Shown here piece by piece: positions 61,401 to 64,000 of a stretch of DNA of 64,000 nucleotides. Both the position numbers and the translations under genes were made by a program. Every line of letters starts with the position of its first letter. Position 1 is the first letter of the stretch. The notes below the pieces were generated by a model. It ran no database searches and was not told where the DNA came from. It saw nothing but the letters and a program-made list of their open reading frames with translations. This stretch comes from a virus. The stretch is taken from the IMG/VR virus record IMGVR_UViG_3300047560_001345, one strand, 5' to 3'.

Positions 61401-61980
61401 TTCGTATCCGTTTGTTTGACTTCTTTAGGTTCTCTTCTTTCAGCAGAATCTGCAAGTTCCATGGCACATTAAGCCCGCATACGTCTTCACCCATTATGGG
61501 CTCTATATGGTCAACCTCAAACTTTCTACCTGTTTCTTTGATGAGACGCTGGGCCTCAAGATAAAGCTCCCGCACTTCTTTTTTATGTTCTGCGGTCAGC
61601 CATTTTGGTGTGGCGTGCTTATACCGTCTGCGCCTAGCGTTCGTTATTGCGCGTTTCTTTTCTGGGTACTTTTCTTCCCAAACCTTGGTGTACTTACGTT
61701 TTGCTTCGGTGGGCCGCGCCATAGCCTTAGCAATCACTACGTCTTTGTTTTGCTCATAATACTTGCGCTTGTTGTCTTTCCCGCGGTCTGACTTGTTGTA
61801 GTCAGCAAAGTAGTCTTTGCGGTTCGCATAGCTTGCTTGATGCTCCAACTTACGACACTCGACGCAGGAGCCTTTAGTCTCCCGTAGCGCAATATGGCCG
61901 TGCTTACATGGTTTGCCTGTGAAGTAGTGTTTGGCGCCTTGTGCTTTGGCGTCGGCCCTATTAGTAGGAATGCTGTTCAT
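61384..61980 (-). CDS. Zn-finger + HNH endonuclease (His-Me finger)
   Basis: YFTGKPCKHGHIALRETKGSCVEC; EVDHIEPIMGEDVCGLNVPWNLQIL. Confidence 0.7.
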   Translation of the reverse strand: MNSIPTNRADAKAQGAKHYFTGKPCKHGHIALRETKGSCVECRKLEHQASYANRKDYFADYNKSDRGKDNKRKYYEQNKDVVIAKAMARPTEAKRKYTKVWEEKYPEKKRAITNARRRRYKHATPKWLTAEHKKEVRELYLEAQRLIKETGRKFEVDHIEPIMGEDVCGLNVPWNLQILLKEENLKKSNKRIRNEQTG

Positions 61981-62041
61981 AAATTACCCGTTTCAAAACA
62001 GTACGAGTGAATTGTACAAACAAAATTGCCCGTGTCAAGAC

Positions 62042-62072
62042 AAAAAGAAAGGGCCCGAAGGCCCTTTCTCTT
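62042..62072. terminator. Bidirectional rho-independent terminator downstream of the capsid gene
   Basis: AAAGGGCC-cgaa-GGCCCTTT flanked by an A-run and TTTCTCTT. Confidence 0.65.
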
Positions 62073-62096
62073 AACAACCTAAGTCGTTGATTTACA

Positions 62097-63008
62097 TCAA
62101 GTACCCTGCGATCCGAAGATGGCCAAGTAATCGGACCACCCAAAGCTGTACCTCTCACGGGCCTTATACCTAGCGTTACCCGTGTCAAAATCGGCGTCCA
62201 TTGATGTAGACAGCGGGGTACGTACAAAGTGCTTCAGGCCGTTCGGAACATCGGTGGTCAGGAACCAAGCGTTGGTGTCGGTCAACCAGTGGTTGACAGT
62301 CCAGCCGCCCGGGATTGAACCGTTGTTCTTCAGAGCGTTGATGTCGTTGTCGGTGGTGCCAACGCGGAGCTCAGTTTCGAGGATGCGGGTCGCCACGAAC
62401 TGCAGAGCAGACGGGATGATCAGCTTCTTCGGCTTAGCTGCGATGAGCAGGCCACGTTCATCGGTCCACAGAGAGATCTGAATAACCGCATTTTCAAGTG
62501 AGGTTTCGTTCAGATCGGCTGCGATAGCCGGGATGTTGGAGATGGTTGAACCGTAGGTCAACGGGTGGTCATTCGCGAACAGAGACTTACCGTCACCACC
62601 TTTGTAGTTCGAGTTGAAGCCGTTGTTCAGAATGTTGGCGCCCTTGACTTCCTTGGTGTAAGCCATCGCCCGAGCCAGTGCCTTGGTGTAACGTGCAGAC
62701 AGTGAGTCGTACAGGTTATCTTCGATCGCTTCCTCAGTGAGGGAGAAACCGAGGGCAATGGTTTCGTGGGTGTATCGGGTAGACCACGCTTCCTGAGCGG
62801 TGTCATACGCGATTGCACTACCTTCCTGTTTGACAGGAGCTGCACCGAAACCGGAGAGCTTCTGTTCTTCTTCAAAGGAACGCTCGGAACTTTCGGTCTC
62901 GAAAATTTCCTTGTATTCCTCACCATAACGCTCGTATTCCAGACCGAACAAACCGTTCAGGCCGGGGAGCAGCTCTTTAAGTAATTGAGCGCGTGAAATA
63001 GCAGCCAT
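62097..63008 (-). CDS. Major capsid protein candidate (303 aa)
   Basis: Strong SD AAGGGAG; followed by a terminator; size and position typical of an HK97-fold MCP. No motif-level proof. Confidence 0.4.
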   Translation of the reverse strand: MAAISRAQLLKELLPGLNGLFGLEYERYGEEYKEIFETESSERSFEEEQKLSGFGAAPVKQEGSAIAYDTAQEAWSTRYTHETIALGFSLTEEAIEDNLYDSLSARYTKALARAMAYTKEVKGANILNNGFNSNYKGGDGKSLFANDHPLTYGSTISNIPAIAADLNETSLENAVIQISLWTDERGLLIAAKPKKLIIPSALQFVATRILETELRVGTTDNDINALKNNGSIPGGWTVNHWLTDTNAWFLTTDVPNGLKHFVRTPLSTSMDADFDTGNARYKARERYSFGWSDYLAIFGSQGT

Positions 63009-63021
63009 TTACGTTACTCCC

Positions 63022-63678
63022 TTAGATACCGGTGGTCTGACGGTAGAAATGGAACCCAGCATTGAAGGTTACGAGAACCTGCTGATAGGTGCCATCGCTC
63101 AGTGCAGTGCTACGAACTACGTCTACGATGCGCAGCGGCAGCGTGTTGGTGGTTGCAGCAGAAGCCAGATTGACAGTGACAAGGCTGTCGCCGGTGGTGG
63201 TGTTAACAAGACCGGTCTTGACGTAGTAACCTGCATTGAGGCCTACGCTAGCCTGAGTTGCTGCACCTGAGGTGTACAGATTGCCAGAGGCATCAGAAAC
63301 GGTGGCTACGAAGATTGCGTCGGGGTCTTCACAAACGTAAGCCCAGCCGTAACCGTAGTTCTCGTTGTCGGTGCCGATAGCGGTACCGGTCGGCCAATAC
63401 TGGCTCCACAGCGGGTACTTCAGACCAGAAGCCTGAGTGTACTGACAGCCGAGGAAGATACCGACAGGCGGGGTAGCAAAAGCTGCCTTTGCGCCAGCGG
63501 CGGTGTCGATACGAATGATCGTACCATCGGTGGTGTAGGTGACGAAGTCGCCATAGCCGATGTTCTGCGCATAAGCAGAAGCGATCGGGATCTGACGAAT
63601 GGCGCCACTGTAAACGCGCCCGCCCAGAAGGTTCACAGGAACCAGACCTGAGGGGCCAATACCGTTAGGGTATGCCAT
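63022..63678 (-). CDS. Abundant head protein (218 aa; capsid/decoration candidate)
   Basis: SD AGGAG; Gly/Thr/Ala-rich. Confidence 0.4.
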   Translation of the reverse strand: MAYPNGIGPSGLVPVNLLGGRVYSGAIRQIPIASAYAQNIGYGDFVTYTTDGTIIRIDTAAGAKAAFATPPVGIFLGCQYTQASGLKYPLWSQYWPTGTAIGTDNENYGYGWAYVCEDPDAIFVATVSDASGNLYTSGAATQASVGLNAGYYVKTGLVNTTTGDSLVTVNLASAATTNTLPLRIVDVVRSTALSDGTYQQVLVTFNAGFHFYRQTTGI

Positions 63679-63714
63679 AGGATGCTCCTAAAATTTTAAG
63701 GTCGGCTTCTAAAA

Positions 63715-63939
63715 CTAGAAACCACTGCCAAATGAGACTTTCGTGTTCGTATCCTTGAATAAAGGCATACGAGGATCGTTTTCACGCAGGAAGCTGTTGT
63801 CGACAGCCTGCGCTTGCCCCTGAGTCAGGTTTTCGTAGTACTTCTGCCGCGCTTGCGCGTTCTCGGTCGTCGTCCTACAAAGCACCAAACCACCGATCTC
63901 GATGAGATCCGTAGAGGGTGACAAACCAAAAGAGGCCAA
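63715..63939 (-). CDS. Hypothetical protein, probably the C-terminal part of a gene whose start lies upstream of the track's first ATG or beyond the window
   Basis: Track ORF. Confidence 0.25.
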   Translation of the reverse strand: MASFGLSPSTDLIEIGGLVLCRTTTENAQARQKYYENLTQGQAQAVDNSFLRENDPRMPLFKDTNTKVSFGSGF

Positions 63940-64000
63940 ATCGGCGCTGATTTCCGGGTAGTCTGCTGCTTTGCACGGTACCCACCCTTCGCGTCTGGCC

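Overview
This 64-kb window is a contiguous piece of a tailed dsDNA phage genome (about 55% GC). No rRNA genes, CRISPR arrays or reverse transcriptases were seen. It has three parts.

1. Left edge, minus strand: an HNH-AP2 homing endonuclease, a small ORF (positional small-terminase candidate), and a T7-gp19-like large terminase. The terminase reading frame is open from 2462 down to position 1 and continues off the window. It is missing from the ORF track because it has no stop codon inside the window.

2. A 1.2-kb non-coding control region (3471..4682) with tandem host-type sigma70 promoters, followed by a roughly 27-kb plus-strand early and replication block. About 70 tightly packed ORFs, many coupled by overlapping ATGA/TAATG/GTGA stop-start codons. 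Calls: acidic early proteins, many small membrane or unknown proteins, ThyX, an SPFH lipoprotein, a VRR-NUC nuclease, a family-A DNA polymerase, a Cas4-like nuclease, a SNF2-like helicase, an SSB-like protein, and an AEP-primase/D5-type helicase.

3. A convergent minus-strand virion and lysis block (31600..>63939). Calls: a capsid candidate, T7 gp11- and gp12-like tail-tube proteins, five or more tail-fibre paralogues, an M15 endolysin with a holin, Gly/Gln-rich internal proteins, and a 2117-aa SLT+HExxH polyvalent ejection protein. Structural genes carry host-type promoters and rho-independent terminators, and no phage RNA polymerase is present in the window.

The genome is heavily colonised by selfish elements: at least 10 homing-endonuclease-like genes (4 HNH-AP2, 2 Zn-finger HNH, 1 HNH, 1 GIY-YIG, 1 mini-HNH, 1 Endo VII-like). 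The most unusual feature is a 302-codon intein inserted in ATPase motif III of terL. Its interior carries, in a different reading frame, a complete free-standing Endonuclease VII/HNH-like gene with its own Shine-Dalgarno sequence and ATG.
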